A stretch of DNA of 64,000 nucleotides from an uncultured Gammaproteobacteria bacterium (GTDB lineage: Bacteria > Pseudomonadota > Gammaproteobacteria > UBA9214), in contig CAVYZN010000031.1 of assembly GCA_963773065.1 (NCBI GenBank), forward strand, positions 1-64,000, written 5' to 3'. A model generated the notes under the pieces. That model made no database searches, was not told the origin of the DNA, and saw only the letters and a list, made by a program, of their open reading frames with translations. A program made the translations under genes and the position numbers. Below are positions 11,243 to 22,096 of this stretch, piece by piece (position 1 is the stretch's first letter; each line of letters opens with the position of its first letter).

Positions 11243-11987
11243 ATGTCAGAAAAGACCACCCATTTCGGATTCCAGCAGGTACCGGTGGAAAAAAAGGCGC
11301 AGCGGGTACGGGGCGTGTTCGATTCGGTCGCCCTGGATTACGATCTGATGAACGATGTGATGTCACTGGGCATCCATCGACTCTGGAAGCGGCTGGCCAT
11401 CGGCATGGCGAACATCCAGCCGGGCCAGCGGGTTCTCGACCTTGCCGGCGGGACCGGCGACCTGACCCGGTTGATTGCCGCGCAGCTCGGCCCCCAGGGC
11501 CGGGTCGTACTGTCCGACATCAACAACGCCATGATACAGACCGGCCGTGCCCGCCTGCTGGACGAAGGCATTGCCGGCAACGTGGAGTACGTGCAGGCCG
11601 ATGCCGAGCAACTGCCGTTTCCTGACAACAGCTTTGATTGCATCACCATGGGTTTTGGCCTGCGTAACGTCACCCACAAGCAAACCGCGCTGGATTCCAT
11701 GTACCGGGTGCTCAAGCCGGGTGGCCGGCTGCTGATCCTGGAATTTTCACAACCGGTCGCCGTGCTGAAACCGGCGTATGACTTCTATTCCTTCTCGATC
11801 CTGCCGCGGCTGGGACAGCCTGATTGCCAAGGATGCCGAGAGTTACCGCTATCTCGCCGAATCCATCCGCATGCATCCGGACCAGAAGACACTCGTCGGG
11901 ATGCTCGAAACAGCCGGATTCGAGGCTTGTGACTATCACAACCTGACGGGGGGGATAGTCGCCATACACCGCGGTTACAAATTTTGA
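11243..11987 (+). CDS. ubiE: ubiquinone/menaquinone C-methyltransferase UbiE (frameshift near 11815)
   Basis: [22 protein letters not shown] and LDLAGGTGD. Second frame carries [15 protein letters not shown]...HRGYKF. Confidence 0.95.
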
Positions 11988-11989
11988 AC

Positions 11990-12447
11990 ATGACTGAAGT
12001 CGAATACGCCGGTCTGGGACGGCGCCTGGCGGCTCTGCTGATCGATATCATCCTGGTTGCCACCGTCATGGCCTTCGGTCTGCTGGCTGGATGACGTTTA
12101 CGGATGCCGTGCCCGACATGGGTTCGCGCGCGTTTCATGCCTTTGTCGGCATCGGCGGCCTGCTCGCCCTGGTCGTCAAGGTGTTGCTGGATGCCTGGCT
12201 GCAGGGAACACCGGGACTGCGCCTGATGGACTGCCGCCTCGTCGATGCCCGCAGCGGCTATGGCATCGGCATCGGCCGGTCGGTGAAGCGCGCCCTGGCG
12301 CTGGTGGTGGCGGTGTTGCCGGGAATGCTCGGTCTGCTGTGGATCGCCTGGAACAAACGCCGGCAGGGATGGCACGACCTGCTCGCCGGCAGCGTCGTCA
12401 TTCGCGAGGACGAGGCGCTCAAGTCCCTGCAGCCAGCTGGCGCGTGA
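11990..12447 (+). CDS. RDD family membrane protein (frameshifted)
   Basis: N-terminal YAGLGRRLAALLID, then TPGLRLM and RQGWHDLLAGSVV. Confidence 0.8.
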
Positions 12448-12453
12448 AGCGCG

Positions 12454-13074
12454 ATGAAACTCCCCACCGGCATTGCCCGCAGCCTTGTATACGTCATCAA
12501 CCGCTACCTGGGCATGGATCCGGCGGTACCTACCCGGCTGGCCGGTCTTGATGGCCGGGTGATCGCCCTGGAATTCCGCGGGCTCGACTTGACGGTTGTT
12601 GTTCGCGTGCAAGGTCAGGGCATTGAGTTCATCGATGAGCCCGAACACAAGCCCGATACGGTATTGCGCGGCACCCCGCTCGGCATCGCCAGGCTGGGGC
12701 TCGGCCGCGGTAATGCCACAGGCACGCTCTTCTCCGGCGCCGTGGAAATCAATGGCGATGTAGAGACCGGACAGAGCTTCAAGGCGATCCTTGACGGAAT
12801 CGACATCGACTGGGAGGAACAACTCGCCCGGGTCAGCGGCGATGTGCTGGCACATCAGTTGGGTAATGCGGCACGCGCCACGGGCAGGTGGCTGCGGCAG
12901 GGACGCGCCACGCTTGAACAGGATCTGTCTGAATACCTGCAGGAAGAACTGCGCCTGGTGCCGACCCGTATCGAGATCGAGAATTTCATCGAGGATGTCA
13001 GCCGGCTCGGCATGGATGCCGACCGTCTTGAGGCGCGCACCAAGCGTCTGCTGGCCAAGCGGGGTGATGCGTGA
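12454..13074 (+). CDS. ubiJ: ubiquinone biosynthesis accessory factor UbiJ (SCP2 domain)
   Basis: IDWEEQLARVSGDVLAH and EYLQEE motifs. Between ubiE and ubiB. Confidence 0.9.
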   Translation: MKLPTGIARSLVYVINRYLGMDPAVPTRLAGLDGRVIALEFRGLDLTVVVRVQGQGIEFIDEPEHKPDTVLRGTPLGIARLGLGRGNATGTLFSGAVEINGDVETGQSFKAILDGIDIDWEEQLARVSGDVLAHQLGNAARATGRWLRQGRATLEQDLSEYLQEELRLVPTRIEIENFIEDVSRLGMDADRLEARTKRLLAKRGDA

Positions 13075-14733
13075 TACGTCCGGCGCAGATCCTGCGGCTG
13101 GCGCACATCAACTTCGTCCTGGTACGCCATGGCCTGGACGAGATCATCCTGGCAACCCATCTGTTCAGGTTCTTTCGTTTCCTCTATTACCTCGCACCCT
13201 GGAACTGGGTGCCGCGCCGGCGCGAGCCGCGCGCCGTGCGCATCCGCAAGGCGCTGGAAGATCTCGGCCCTATCTATGTCAAGTTCGGACAGATACTCTC
13301 CACCCGCCGCGACCTGCTGCCGGACGATATCGCGGAAGAACTCGCCCGGCTCCAGGACCGGGTGCCACCCTTTCCCGGCGCACGCGCCAAAGCCATGATC
13401 GAGGCCGCCCAGGGGCAGCCCGTCAGCGAGGTATTCAACGCGTTTGATGAAACGCCGCTCGCCTCCGCCTCGATCGCCCAGGTCCATGCCGCACGCCTGC
13501 ATGACGGTACCGAGGTGGTGGTGAAGGTCCTGCGCCCCAACATCCGCCAGTACATCAGGCGGGATGTCAGCCTGCTGCGCACGATTGCACGGCATGGCCG
13601 AACGCTACTGGAAGGAAAGCCGGCGGCTGCGGCCCTGCGAGGTCATCGCCGAATTCGAAAAAACCCTGTATGACGAACTCGACTTGTTACGCGAGGCGGC
13701 CAATGCCTCGCAGCTGCGGCGCAATTTCAAGGACTCCGACATGCTCTATGTTCCGGAAGTCTACTGGTCCTATTGCCGTCCCAATGTCATGGTCATGGAA
13801 CGCATCTCCGGTATTTCGGTCAGCAATATCGCCGCGTTGCGCGCGAGCGGCATCGATCTGAAGGCGCTTTCCGAACGCGGTGTCGAGCTGTTTTTCACCC
13901 AGGTCTTTCAGCACAATTTCTTTCACGCCGACATGCATCCCGGCAATATCTTCGTCTCCCCCGCCGGGCGGTACATGGCGGTCGATTTCGGCATCATGGG
14001 AACACTAAATCCTGTCGATCAGCGCTATATCGCCGAAAACTTCCTGGCCTTCTTCCGGCGTGACTACCGGCGCGTGGCGGAACTGCACGTTGAATCGGAA
14101 TGGGTGCCCAGCGGCACACGGGTGGATGAATTCGAATCCGCGATCCGCACCGTCTGTGAACCGATCTTCGAGAAACCGCTGAAAGAGATCTCCTTCGGGA
14201 ACGTGTTGCTGCGTCTTTTCCAGACGGCGCGCCGCTTCAACATGGAAATCCAGCCGCAACTGGTGTTGTTGCAAAAAACGCTGCTCAACATCGAGGGCCT
14301 GGGCCGGCAGTTGTACCCCGATCTCGACCTCTGGCAGACCGCAAAACCGTTCCTCGAGCGATCCATGAGCGAACAACTGGGAGCACGCGCCCTGTTGCGC
14401 AATCTCAAGGAAAGCGTCCCGGACTTGAGCGAAACCCTGCCGGAGATCCCGCTATTGGCGCACAAGCTCCTGGAGCAGGCTACCACCGGTAAACTGCGGC
14501 TGGAATGGACATCGGCCGAGCTGCGCCGCTTGCGCGGGGAAATCAATCGTGCCAATCGCCGCACCATCAACGCCATTGTGGGCACCGGCCTGCTACTAGG
14601 CGCCGCGATCATCTATGGCCTGGACGGCCATGCACCGACGGTCATTTTCGGCGCACCGCTGCTGAGCTGGATTTGTGGAGGCTTGGGACTGGTCATGCTG
14701 GTCCTTAACAGGCCGGAAAACAGGGACCGCTAG
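13071..14733 (+). CDS. ubiB: ubiquinone biosynthesis regulatory kinase UbiB (frameshift near 13590)
   Basis: [37 protein letters not shown] and DFGIMG. Confidence 0.95.
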
Positions 14734-14874
14734 CGGCGGTTACTTGTTGGTGCCGGAGTGCGGCGGCAGACAGCCGTGCTGCGCCCGGCGTGTCTTACTG
14801 CCCGCCAGCGCGACTGCAATTGTCAGCGACCGGCAGATGCGGCGCCTGCCGGTCGGAAACGGCTTTGGGTGGTT

Positions 14875-15432
14875 TCAGTGTCCGACGCGTTGCAGCCCCG
14901 CCTCGACTTCCCGGCGCTTCTGCGCCCCGGCGAGCACCTCGATCAACTGCAGGGCAAAATCCATCGCCGTCCCCGGTCCGCGCGAGGTGATCACCTTGCC
15001 GTCGGTGACCACGGGAGCATCCACGTAGTTCAGTCCTGGCACGGAATCCGGCTCCAGGGCTCCGGGATAACTGGTGGCGCGCCGGCCATCGAGCAAACCG
15101 CCCTGCGCCAGCACCCGGGGTGCGGCACAGATCGCCGCGGTATATTTTCCGTCTCGCGCCATCCGCTGCAACAAACCGGTCACGCGCTCGTCCTTGCCCA
15201 GGTTGGTGGCGCCCGGCTGGCCACCCGGCAGGACGATCATGTCGAATTCCTGTCTGAGTGCATCGGTCAGGGTCACGTCCGGGATCAGGACCATACCCCT
15301 GGAAGCGCGCACCGGCTGGTCATCGAGGCCGGCCGTCACGACACTGATGCCGGCACGGCGCAGCAGGTCCACCACGGTGACCGCTTCCAGCTCTTCGCAA
15401 CCCTGTGCCAGCGGAACAAGGACACTTGCCAT
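14875..15432 (-). CDS. DJ-1/PfpI family protein (YajL/ThiJ-like)
   Basis: GCEELEAVTVVDLLRRAG, LPGG, AAICAAP and TSRGPGT. Confidence 0.92.
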   Translation of the reverse strand: MASVLVPLAQGCEELEAVTVVDLLRRAGISVVTAGLDDQPVRASRGMVLIPDVTLTDALRQEFDMIVLPGGQPGATNLGKDERVTGLLQRMARDGKYTAAICAAPRVLAQGGLLDGRRATSYPGALEPDSVPGLNYVDAPVVTDGKVITSRGPGTAMDFALQLIEVLAGAQKRREVEAGLQRVGH

Positions 15433-15574
15433 AATCCATTTTTCCCGTGTTCGATCTCAATCAGGCGGCTGACTGGTCCCATTGGATTATAGTCATCAAG
15501 TCCAGCAGCAGAATCCACGAGGAGCATTTAAATTGCAATACACGGGTGACCCGAGGGTTCACACCGTCCATGAT

Positions 15575-16894
15575 TCACTGCATGCGTTCCTGCAGGATAA
15601 CCAGACCTTTCAGCAGGTTCAGCGCTTCATACAGCTGGTAGTCATCATGCACCAGCGATTCAGGACGCGCCTCGCCACCTTCCTTGGCGTCATGTTTCGG
15701 AGTGGCGTGGCCATTCCCGTTTTGTAGGTGTCCGGAAAGGTCGGATTCCTTGAGCGGCTCGATGCTCTTTTCCACCTCGGCGACCTCCAGGGATTGCAAC
15801 TCGATGTCCGGCTTGATGCCTTCCGCCTGGATGGAGCGCCCGGAAGGTGTGTAGTAACGTGCCGTGGTTAATTTCAATGCCGTACCACCACTCAGTGGCA
15901 GTATGGTCTGCACCGAACCCTTGCCGAAGGTCTGTTCGCCGATAATGATCGCACGCTTGTGGTCCTGCAAGGCACCGGCCACGATCTCCGAGGCGGACGC
16001 GGACCCCTGGTTTACCAGCACCACCATCGGTGCGCTGTTGATGACGTCATCCGGCGTGGCATTGAAACGCAGGCTGGAATCTTCTATGCGTCCCTCGGTA
16101 TATACAATCAGTCCATTGGTCAGGAAGGCATCCGATACGGCTACCGCGCCGTTGAGTACGCCGCCCGGGTTGTTTCTGAGATCCAGTATCAGGCCCTTCA
16201 GCGTGCCGCCATTCTCCTTCTTCAGGTTTTCGATCGCATCCGTCATGTAATCGGCCGTCTTGGACTGGAACTGCGAGATACGCAGGTATCCGTAGCCCGG
16301 CGCCAGGGTGCGACTCTTGACGCTCTTGACCTTGATGATGTCACGCGTGATCTTTATCTGAAGCGGCTTGTCCAACCCTTCGCGCACAATCGTGAGTTCG
16401 ATATCGGTGCCGGGTTTGCCGCGCATGATCTTGACGGCATCGTTGAGCGTCATGCCCTTGACCGGCGTATCGTCCAGGCGAATCACCAGGTCACCCGCCT
16501 TGATACCGGCACGTGCCGCGGGTGTGTCATCAATCGGTGCAATGACCTTGACGAACCCATTTTCCATGCCGACCTCGATGCCAAGGCCCCCGAACTGGCC
16601 GGTCGTCCCGACCTGCAGTTCCTTGAACTCTTCGGCATCAAGATAGGCGGAATGCGGGTCGAGGCCGGTCAACATGCCGCGGATGGCATTCTCCAGCAGT
16701 ACCTTGTCTTCCACTGATTCGACATAGTCATTCTTAATGCGGCCGAACACGTCACTGAATGTGCGCAACTCTTCCACCGGCAACGTTGCCTGTGCGGCTT
16801 CACGCTCGGCAAAAACGCCGTGGCCTATCGATACCAGTACGCCCACAACCAGGCCCGTTAACAGCAGCAGGGAATTCTGTGTTTTTGCTTTCAT
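15575..16894 (-). CDS. ctpA: S41 C-terminal processing protease (CtpA-like)
   Basis: LDPHSAY, PDZ domain, DLRNNPGG, SASASEIVAGALQD and TFGKGSVQ. Confidence 0.93.
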   Translation of the reverse strand: MKAKTQNSLLLLTGLVVGVLVSIGHGVFAEREAAQATLPVEELRTFSDVFGRIKNDYVESVEDKVLLENAIRGMLTGLDPHSAYLDAEEFKELQVGTTGQFGGLGIEVGMENGFVKVIAPIDDTPAARAGIKAGDLVIRLDDTPVKGMTLNDAVKIMRGKPGTDIELTIVREGLDKPLQIKITRDIIKVKSVKSRTLAPGYGYLRISQFQSKTADYMTDAIENLKKENGGTLKGLILDLRNNPGGVLNGAVAVSDAFLTNGLIVYTEGRIEDSSLRFNATPDDVINSAPMVVLVNQGSASASEIVAGALQDHKRAIIIGEQTFGKGSVQTILPLSGGTALKLTTARYYTPSGRSIQAEGIKPDIELQSLEVAEVEKSIEPLKESDLSGHLQNGNGHATPKHDAKEGGEARPESLVHDDYQLYEALNLLKGLVILQERMQ

Positions 16895-17138
16895 ATACAT
16901 TTCCATCAGGCGATCGTGTCGCCGCAAGGCCAACCGGCTTGCGCGGCAGGCTCTGAATTTCATTTAAGACGGGACAATATCACAGGGTCAGTGTTTGCGG
17001 TATCGGCTGCAAGGTAAAAAAGCTTTTGATTAACCGGTATTTCACCCTGCCGATGACCATCAGACCGTGACGATACCCAAAGATTCATTTACCCGACGAC
17101 GGCATGGTCCTTACTGGTGTGACAACAATCCGGGCATC

Positions 17139-18320
17139 TCAGTCACCTGCACGCAGGGCCGCCGGCTTGCCGGTAAACCACGGTGACGGATCGAACGGGC
17201 GGCCGTCCTTGCGCAGTTCAAGGTACAGGCCCATGCGGTGTCGCCCGCCACTGTCCCCCACTGCGGCGATCACCTCGCCCGCCTCGACCTGGTCGCCGAC
17301 TTCCTTGAAAAGACTGCGGTTATAGCCATACAAGGACATGTATCCCTTACCATGATCAAGAATCAGCAACAAGCCGAAACCACGCAACCAGTCCGCAAAA
17401 ACAACCCGCCCTTTGGCGATGGCATGCACATCCGTGCCTTCGGATGCAGCGACAAGCACACCGCGTGAGCGGAGTTTTCCATCCGCCTGCAGTGCACCGA
17501 AAGACATGCCGATGCGCCCGGCCACCGGCCAGGCAAGCTTGCCCTTCAGGGAGCTGAGCGATTTGTATGGAATTGTCGCTGTCGGAATATCCCTGAGCGC
17601 TTTCCGCAGCGACTCCACCAGCAGCTGCAGGTGTTGTTCATCATGTTCCAGCGTGGTCAGCTCGGCTGATTTTTTCTGGAGATCGGTCTGCAATTTGGCC
17701 AGCACTTCCTTTCTCTGCGCCTGCGTCTGTTCGATCCGGCGTGATACTTCAATTTGTTCTGCCCTTAGTTTTTCAAGATCTGATTTCTGCTCGCTGACTT
17801 CCTGCTCAATCATGTCCAGTTCATCCAGGGTTGCCTTTATCCCCTGGATGCGATCGGCGCGTGCCCGGGTGAAATAACCATGATAGGCCATGAGTCGGGC
17901 GATCGTAGTGGGGTCTTCCTGATTAAGCAGCAGTTTCATCTGTTGCTGTTTACCCATGAGGTAGGCGGAACGCATATCACGGGCCAGAATGGCCCGCATC
18001 GCCTGCAGCTTCCGCCGCTTATCCTCACGCTCATGTCCCAGATCCTCAAGCCTTGCCTGTGACTGGCTTATTTTCTGATCCAGCTGGCGCGAGGCGGCAG
18101 CGGTTGTACCGAGTTCCTTTTCCGTTTTTTCAAGCTCGGCGTCCAGGGCATTCTTTTGTCCGCGCATCGAACCCAGCTCGTTCCTCAGTTCGCCTATGCG
18201 CGCGCGCAGCTGTTTCAGCCGCGCCTCCTGCTCGGCTGCCTGATCAGTGACCCCAGCAAGACTCTGGCAGAAAGGAAATGTCGCCAATACCAGCAGGATC
18301 AACAGGCGTGTTGCAAACAT
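17139..18320 (-). CDS. envC: murein hydrolase activator EnvC (coiled coil + M23 domain)
   Basis: Signal peptide, long coiled coil, WPVAG and GRVVFADWLRGFG, degenerate M23 site. Upstream of ctpA. Confidence 0.9.
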   Translation of the reverse strand: MFATRLLILLVLATFPFCQSLAGVTDQAAEQEARLKQLRARIGELRNELGSMRGQKNALDAELEKTEKELGTTAAASRQLDQKISQSQARLEDLGHEREDKRRKLQAMRAILARDMRSAYLMGKQQQMKLLLNQEDPTTIARLMAYHGYFTRARADRIQGIKATLDELDMIEQEVSEQKSDLEKLRAEQIEVSRRIEQTQAQRKEVLAKLQTDLQKKSAELTTLEHDEQHLQLLVESLRKALRDIPTATIPYKSLSSLKGKLAWPVAGRIGMSFGALQADGKLRSRGVLVAASEGTDVHAIAKGRVVFADWLRGFGLLLILDHGKGYMSLYGYNRSLFKEVGDQVEAGEVIAAVGDSGGRHRMGLYLELRKDGRPFDPSPWFTGKPAALRAGD

Positions 18321-18395
18321 GCTTACGGCTTCACCTACCGGAATTCACATCCCGGCAAACAACACGGACGCGGCAAGGGCTGGCATGGCGGATAT

Positions 18396-18947
18396 TCAGC
18401 CATGCAACTTGGCTGGCGCGCTCGCCGGCTCTTCAACACAGCCGCTACCGGATACAAGGGCAACCAGCGGCGTACCGCTCATCTCGGGTGGAACTTCAAT
18501 GTTCATCAGATGCAGCATACTGGGTACGATATCACACAAGGACCCACGCTCGGCCATTTGCGCCGGCCTGCCTGCGGAAACCAGCGGCACCGGATTGGTT
18601 GTATACGCTGTGTGCACCTGGTCGGTTTCATCGGTACATATTCCCGTTCAAAACCGTCTAACCCAGGTTCTATGCAAGGACGGGTGATATGCCGGATCTT
18701 GATGGCTCGGCTGATCCGGGTGAACTCCTGGTATACGATCTGGCTAGCAGGCCAACTACGAAACCCGAGGTTCGTATCAGGGTAAGGGGAAAGCGCCCCG
18801 CAAACGGTCCCCTATCGGGGTTTTTCCTCGGCGATGGCGTTGTGTTGCAAAGACTCGCTATAAAAAACCCCAGCCATCCAGGATGATCAGCACCATGCGC
18901 CGCGCTGGCGTGGTTAATGTACCGGATTGCCCCTGTTATTTGTTCAT
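18396..18947 (-). pseudogene. gpmI: eroded 2,3-bisphosphoglycerate-independent phosphoglycerate mutase
   Basis: Collinear fragments MVLIILDGWG, HNAIA...TLIRTSG..VGL, IVYQEFTRISRAI and HTAYTTNPVPLV...GSLCDIVPSML...PPEMSG within about 550 bp, with stops. Canonical gpmI position upstream of envC. Confidence 0.85.
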
Positions 18948-19145
18948 AATAACTGGAATAAATCCATTTGATACTGCCACGACAATACCGCTACACGCCA
19001 CATAGGGCACATGAATCCAAATCATGGTGAAAAGCAGCCAAGAGGAGCAAGATTGGCTGTAACCCGAAAGGCTTATTATTGTATAATGTTTTGTTAATGA
19101 ATGCAGTAACATAAATAACTTATCGCATTATTAAGGAAGGCACCG

Positions 19146-19466
19146 ATGGTGGTAACCAGCAACGTTAACTTGATTTCCCGCGACGAAGACATCGTCCGCG
19201 CTTCTCGGTCCCTCAAGGCGATGTCCCACCCTTTGCGGCTTAAAATTCTCTGCACCCTTGGCGATCAGGAAGTCAGCGTTCAGGATATAGTCGAAAGTGT
19301 CGGGACATCACAAAGCAATATCTCCCAGCATCTGGCCATATTGCGCGACAAGGGCATACTCGCCTCCCGCAAGGATGCCAACCGGGTTTATTACCGTGTG
19401 GGAGATTCACGCACCCTGCGCCTGATCAGTATGATGCAGGAAGTTTTCTGTTCTCAGGCTCGCTAG
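19146..19466 (+). CDS. ArsR/SmtB family transcriptional regulator
   Basis: LKAMSHPLRLKIL and SQSNISQHLAILR winged HTH. Confidence 0.92.
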   Translation: MVVTSNVNLISRDEDIVRASRSLKAMSHPLRLKILCTLGDQEVSVQDIVESVGTSQSNISQHLAILRDKGILASRKDANRVYYRVGDSRTLRLISMMQEVFCSQAR

Positions 19467-19565
19467 TTCGGACAGGTCACCGAAAACCCCTACTGCACCT
19501 CCTTAACTGAAATGATTGACTCACCACGCATCTCCGTGATGTCTTGACGTGTGATCGAATTTGCC

Positions 19566-19997
19566 ATGGATATAAACCAGCTCAGTGAATTTGTAATCAA
19601 TCATCTTCTTCTGGTTACCGCGATGGTTGTAATTATCGCCATGCTGGCAGGTGGAGAACTGCGGCATCGCTTCAGCAAGGTCAAGGATATCGAGCCAGGT
19701 GAGGCGACCCGCTTGATCAACCGTGAAAATGCCGTCGTGGTTGATATGCGCAATGACAAGGACTATCGTGACGGCCATATCGTGAATGCCATACATGTTC
19801 CCTCGGACAAGAACGACGCCGCCAGCAAACTAGAAAAATTCCGCGACCGCCCGCTCATCGTGTGCTGCCGCAGCGGACATCAATCTGCCAAACTGAGTAC
19901 AGAGTTGAGCAAGAAAGAATTTACTTCGGTGTACAACCTGAAGGGCGGGCTGCCCGCCTGGACGCAGGCAGGACTGCCCTTAGCCAAGGGCAAGTAG
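19566..19997 (+). CDS. rhodanese-like domain membrane protein (YibN-like)
   Basis: N-terminal TM helix, VVDMR, GHIVNA, CRSG and YNLKGG..AW. Confidence 0.9.
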   Translation: MDINQLSEFVINHLLLVTAMVVIIAMLAGGELRHRFSKVKDIEPGEATRLINRENAVVVDMRNDKDYRDGHIVNAIHVPSDKNDAASKLEKFRDRPLIVCCRSGHQSAKLSTELSKKEFTSVYNLKGGLPAWTQAGLPLAKGK

Positions 19998-20059
19998 ATC
20001 ATGCTGGCAGTTGGAATGGCAATATGCCGGCCATCCTAATACCTTGACGGAAAAATTTC

Positions 20060-20554
20060 ATGAATGAAGAAAATCGCAATGCAGTGATGGCGGAGGAGGA
20101 GGACAATAAAATTGCTCGCCCACAAAAAATATATTTGAAGGATGTCTCCTTTGAATCACCCAACTCGCCGGATATATTCACCCAGGGATGGAAACCGAAT
20201 TTAGCGGTAGAGATAGACAGCCATGCCAGTCTGATTGCGGACGACTCCTACGATGTGGTGATGAAAATCACGGCAACAGTGACAGTTGAAGGAAATACGG
20301 CGTTTCTTGCAGAAGTCCACCAGGCGGGAATTTTTATACTAAAGGGGTTTGAAAACGATCAACTGCAGCGGTTGCATCATGTTTATTGCCTGAGGACCCT
20401 CTACCCCTATGCATCCGCCGCCCTCTCTGATCTCATTACCAAGGGTGGCTTCCCGTCTTTAATGCTGGCACCAATGAACTTTGCAGCAATCTATGCCCAG
20501 CGCTTAAAGCAGGCACAATCCAAGGGTGATAACACAGACGCAACGCAGCATTAA
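20060..20554 (+). CDS. secB: protein-export chaperone SecB
   Basis: QKIYLKDVSFESP, AFLAEVHQAGIF and GGFPSLMLAPMNF. Confidence 0.92.
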   Translation: MNEENRNAVMAEEEDNKIARPQKIYLKDVSFESPNSPDIFTQGWKPNLAVEIDSHASLIADDSYDVVMKITATVTVEGNTAFLAEVHQAGIFILKGFENDQLQRLHHVYCLRTLYPYASAALSDLITKGGFPSLMLAPMNFAAIYAQRLKQAQSKGDNTDATQH

Positions 20555-20616
20555 ATTCCCAGATTGCTTGCGGGCGTGAAGATACCACTGTCAATCGCGT
20601 GTAACTGCCGGGACAC

Positions 20617-21621
20617 ATGAGCACTGATTCGATCACGGTCCTCGGAGCCGGTTCCTGGGGTACGGCACTGGCCATCCGGCTGGCCACCAACAGCAAGGAC
20701 GTTTGTCTCTGGGGACACGAGCCGGCCTTCATGGAAAGACTCGCCCGGGAGAGGCAAAATCGCCATTTCCTTCCCAACGTCCATTTCCCCGACAAATTAA
20801 GCGTTGCAACCGACCTCGCACGCGCCATACAGCACAGCCGCGATCTGCTGGTCGTCGTTCCAAGCCATGCCTTTCGTGAAGTCCTGAGCAAGGCGTCACC
20901 GTCACTTACTGCGCGTACACGCATTGCCTGGGCGACAAAAGGGCTGGAGACCGGCAGCGGAAAATTCATGCATGAGGTGCAGGAAGAAGTGCTGGGCACG
21001 CGCTTTCCGTCCGCCGTGCTGTCCGGACCAACCTTTGCACAGGAGGTCGCTGCCGGCCTGCCAACGGCATTGACGGTTGCCTCGACCAATCCCTCATTCG
21101 CAAACGACCTTGCAACCTGCCTGCAGGCTGACGTCATGCGCGTCTATACCAGCGATGATGTGATCGGCGTGGAACTGGGGGGTACGGTCAAGAACGTGCT
21201 GGCGATCGCCGCGGGTATCGCCGATGGGCTGGAACTGGGCGCCAATTCCCGAGCCGCTCTGATCACGCGCGGACTGGCGGAAATCATACGCCTCGGTGAT
21301 GCCATGGGCGCCAGACGGGAAACCCTGATGGGTCTGTCCGGTGTCGGTGATCTGATCCTCACCTGCACCGACAACCAGTCGCGCAACCGACGGCTGGGCC
21401 TCGCGCTTGGCAAGGGTCGGCCGATGCAGATCGCTGTACAGGAGATTGGTCAGGTGGTGGAAGGCGTCAATACCGCACGCGAAATCGTGCAACTGGCGCG
21501 CCAGTATAAGGTAGACATGCCGATTTCAGAACAGGTCTACCGGGTCCTTTATGACAGGTTACCGCCGGCCAAGGCGGTGCATAACTTGCTGGCACGTGAA
21601 GCAAGGGTTGAATCGACTTAA
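20617..21621 (+). CDS. gpsA: NAD(P)H-dependent glycerol-3-phosphate dehydrogenase
   Basis: [26 protein letters not shown] and [10 protein letters not shown]. Confidence 0.96.
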   Translation: MSTDSITVLGAGSWGTALAIRLATNSKDVCLWGHEPAFMERLARERQNRHFLPNVHFPDKLSVATDLARAIQHSRDLLVVVPSHAFREVLSKASPSLTARTRIAWATKGLETGSGKFMHEVQEEVLGTRFPSAVLSGPTFAQEVAAGLPTALTVASTNPSFANDLATCLQADVMRVYTSDDVIGVELGGTVKNVLAIAAGIADGLELGANSRAALITRGLAEIIRLGDAMGARRETLMGLSGVGDLILTCTDNQSRNRRLGLALGKGRPMQIAVQEIGQVVEGVNTAREIVQLARQYKVDMPISEQVYRVLYDRLPPAKAVHNLLAREARVEST

Positions 21622-22086
21622 CTGGACGCGCCTTCATATCCCCGTTGCCGCCAGGCCTCGTAAATAACCACCGCCACGGTATTCGACAGATTCAGGCTGC
21701 GGCTGTTGGCAACCATCGGCAAGCGCAGTACCGCAGCCTCGCCAACCATACTGCAGTACCTCATGCGGCAGACCGCGTGTTTCCGGGCCAAACAAAAAGG
21801 CGTCACCCTCCTGGTAACTGACCTGCGCAAATGATCGCGCGCCCTTGGTCGATAAGGCCCACAGTCGTGCCGGTTGCACGGCGGCCTGAAATGCCGCCAG
21901 CGATTCGTGTTCCCGCAGCGTGGCCCACTCCCGGTAATCCAGGCCGGCACGCCGCAGCTTGCGGTCATCGAGATCGAATCCGAGCGGTCCTACCAGATGC
22001 AGGACACTGCCGGTATTGGCGCAAAGGCGTATGATATTGCCGGTATTCGGAGGTATCTCCGGTTGATACAGCACCACGTGAAACAT
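21618..22086 (-). CDS. trmL: tRNA (cytidine/uridine-34 2'-O)-methyltransferase TrmL (frameshifted)
   Basis: [31 protein letters not shown] and RSLNLSN in two frames. Confidence 0.92.
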
Positions 22087-22096
22087 GCACGCACCC

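Noticed and set aside
2552-14733. Frameshifts in the GGDEF gene, esterase, lptM, lysA, dapF, DUF484, ubiE, RDD and ubiB as pseudogenes or programmed frameshifting
   Set aside because: They are isolated small indels in otherwise full-length, well-conserved genes, with no consistent slippery motif. Uncorrected sequencing or assembly error is the simplest explanation.
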